Assembly (NCBI GenBank): GCA_965637545.1
Contig: OZ281499.1
Coordinates: forward strand, 7,812,001-7,876,000
From: Phallusia mammillata
Taxonomy: Eukaryota
DNA: 64,000 nt
Direction: 5' to 3'
Shown: piece by piece, positions 62,501 to 64,000 of the stretch
How positions within the stretch are numbered: position 1 is the first letter of the stretch
How the letters are laid out: each line of letters starts with the position of its first letter
Notes under the pieces: model-generated
Seen by the model: the letters and a program-made list of their open reading frames with translations, nothing else
Told to the model about the DNA's origin: nothing
Databases searched by the model: none
Translations under genes and position numbers: made by a program

Positions 62501-63422
62501 TAATTTGGAAAAAGATATGGTAGGCGATGTTAAAATTGAAAATTACTTTTAGTGTCTTCCTAGTGTATAGTGTCAATGAATGTCAATAACCAATTTTAAT
62601 GTCATAACCCAAACACCCCTTTTTAGGGAGCCTAAAAAGTTGTGACTTTATACAAGCTGGTAGAAAACACAGATGTGCAAGACCAAAACTGTGCACTTTT
62701 AATTTTTTTTTAGGTGATGAGGGGGTGGGGGGGGCATGGCACCTTTATCCAATGTTCTTCAATAAATAAACAATATTAGATACAGTTTTTCACGCTGCTC
62801 ATTTGGAACTTTTTCGAAACAATAATTAAGAAGCAAATGCTTCCGACTCAAAATCAGTAGACACGAGGATGTGAAACTACTGATTTTGAATCACTAGCAT
62901 TTGATTCTTAATTATCATTTACTGAAACAGTTTTGACTCAGTGATCGTGAATATTAACATGCCTACTTTTAGAGGGACAGATCCGGTGCATAGCATTTAT
63001 ATTTTTCGAAATATGTCCAAAAAAATAGACATGCCCAGCCCAAAACGACCCAAAGCGACTTATTTTAATTCCAAAGTTTTAGCATCAGCCATTGTCCATA
63101 TCCGTGCCAATTAAAAAGAATATAAATTCCTTGCATTGTGCTTTCTAACTAACTTTACACCTACCTTGGTATACAAACTTCCACCATACAGGAATATCTT
63201 CATCTTGGTCCCCTGGAGGTGAAACTTCTTTGTGTTACCGGCGAGAAGAAACCCATATATGAAATGGATGCCAGAGAGGAAATTGTGGATGGAACACGAC
63301 CTGATTTGACTGTGACCCGGCCTCGCTGGCCTGTGCAGACACCCATGCTTCGTGCAGCCCTGGAAATTACCCCTTCTGATGTCACATTACCATCGACAAG
63401 TCCCGAAAGTATAGCGGCGTGA
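56533..63422 (+). CDS. CCDC83: Coiled-coil domain-containing protein 83-like, ~440 aa
   Basis: Exons 56533-56639, 57053-57137, 57918-58086, 58456-58565, 59038-59095, 60650-60824, 61480-61587, 61645-61778 (or 61739), 62374-62519, 63192-63422; phases all compatible. EAIMAFQIQVKE, RLKDEQFIHIK, VEQALKEKW, ENEWLKNE, DCRQEDLKI and LGPLEVKLLCV parallel human CCDC83. Confidence 0.85.
58601..59004 (-). mobile_element. Non-autonomous hAT element with TAGTGATGGGAC TIRs, copy 2 (CCDC83 intron 4)
   Basis: tagtgatgggacg...tgtcccatcacta; perfect 8-bp TSD gtcaatgt; inverted homologue of 43891-44328. Confidence 0.95.
60915..61179. mobile_element. Older Charlie-type MITE in CCDC83 intron 6
   Basis: Degenerate TIRs ccctgtttcttaacc / gttaagattcactg; flanks tcttaagc/ttttaggc (6/8). 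Confidence 0.55.
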
Positions 63423-63932
63423 ATGTAAATTTTTGTGATACAGTTGTTTTTTGTAGAGTTTTAAATATTTTCGTAAACTTTTTTATGATTGTTTTTTGGA
63501 GGTGCTTATTGTGATAGTTAGATTGCACTGTGAATTTTATTCACCATCCATTTCAATGAGCAAAAAGTACAACTTTTTTGTGCATACATAATGGTTCTCG
63601 GGCTACAAACAGGATCTGTCGTATCACGCACCGTGTGTTATCGTAATGTACACTAAAATATGTCGAATTTTAATCTCAAAACCGGAAGAAAAATTAAAAC
63701 ATTCAGTTGTGGTTTGTTCATAGTCATTAGTTCAAACTTCCAATGCACAGTTTCTAATTTTGTCCCCTATGTATTGTGCCTTTCACACTTACACTCCTTT
63801 CCTGCTTACTTCACCAGTATACAGCCATACAAACTAATCCATCACTGTTTATGCTTTTATACACCACAAGGTGTCGCGCGAGTACTCTGTGACGTCATCT
63901 TTCTCACCAATCCGTCCTATTAGCAAACGCAC

Positions 63933-64000
63933 CTGTCAGTATTCCATGCTTTTTTCCACCCCATTGTAAGTCACTTGTCTAAATCCGTCGCCAGTTTGTC
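63933..64000 (-). CDS. Possible internal exon of a minus-strand gene continuing beyond the window edge
   Basis: Open frame QTGDGFRQVTYNGVEKAWNTD followed by a donor-like AG|gtgcgt; too short to identify. Confidence 0.2.

Overview
AT-rich eukaryotic (spliceosomal GT-AG introns) genomic window, most likely from an ascidian tunicate (inference from the long Rx protein, the C-terminally anchored Sulfotransfer_4 gene, short introns and compact gene spacing). Most ORF-track entries are noise, so I reconstructed genes by reading splice sites and checking exon phase by hand. In order: (1) a 4-exon, 156-aa signal-peptide/TM/PPxY membrane protein on the minus strand; (2) a decayed hAT-Charlie transposon with a younger MITE nested inside; (3) two convergent SLC35G/EamA transporter paralogues (one intact, one with frameshifts) separated by a 5'-truncated LINE; (4) a ~10 kb CpG-rich gap with no recognisable gene; (5) a 4-exon Sulfotransfer_4-family gene; (6) an AKAP7-like 2H phosphoesterase gene; (7) a 3-exon, 78-aa single-pass microprotein absent from the ORF track; (8) the retinal homeobox gene Rx (5 exons, ~836 aa); (9) an intronless RBM48 CDS; (10) a 10-exon CCDC83 gene starting only 238 nt later. 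At least six non-autonomous hAT elements with 8-bp TSDs are scattered through the window. The most interesting candidates are a symmetric 180-nt AKAP7 exon encoding two tandem RI-type PKA-anchoring helices, the unannotated microprotein, the PPxY/YPxL membrane adaptor and the operon-like RBM48-CCDC83 pair. There is no CRISPR array, rRNA or tRNA gene. All family assignments rest on recalled motifs; no searches were run.
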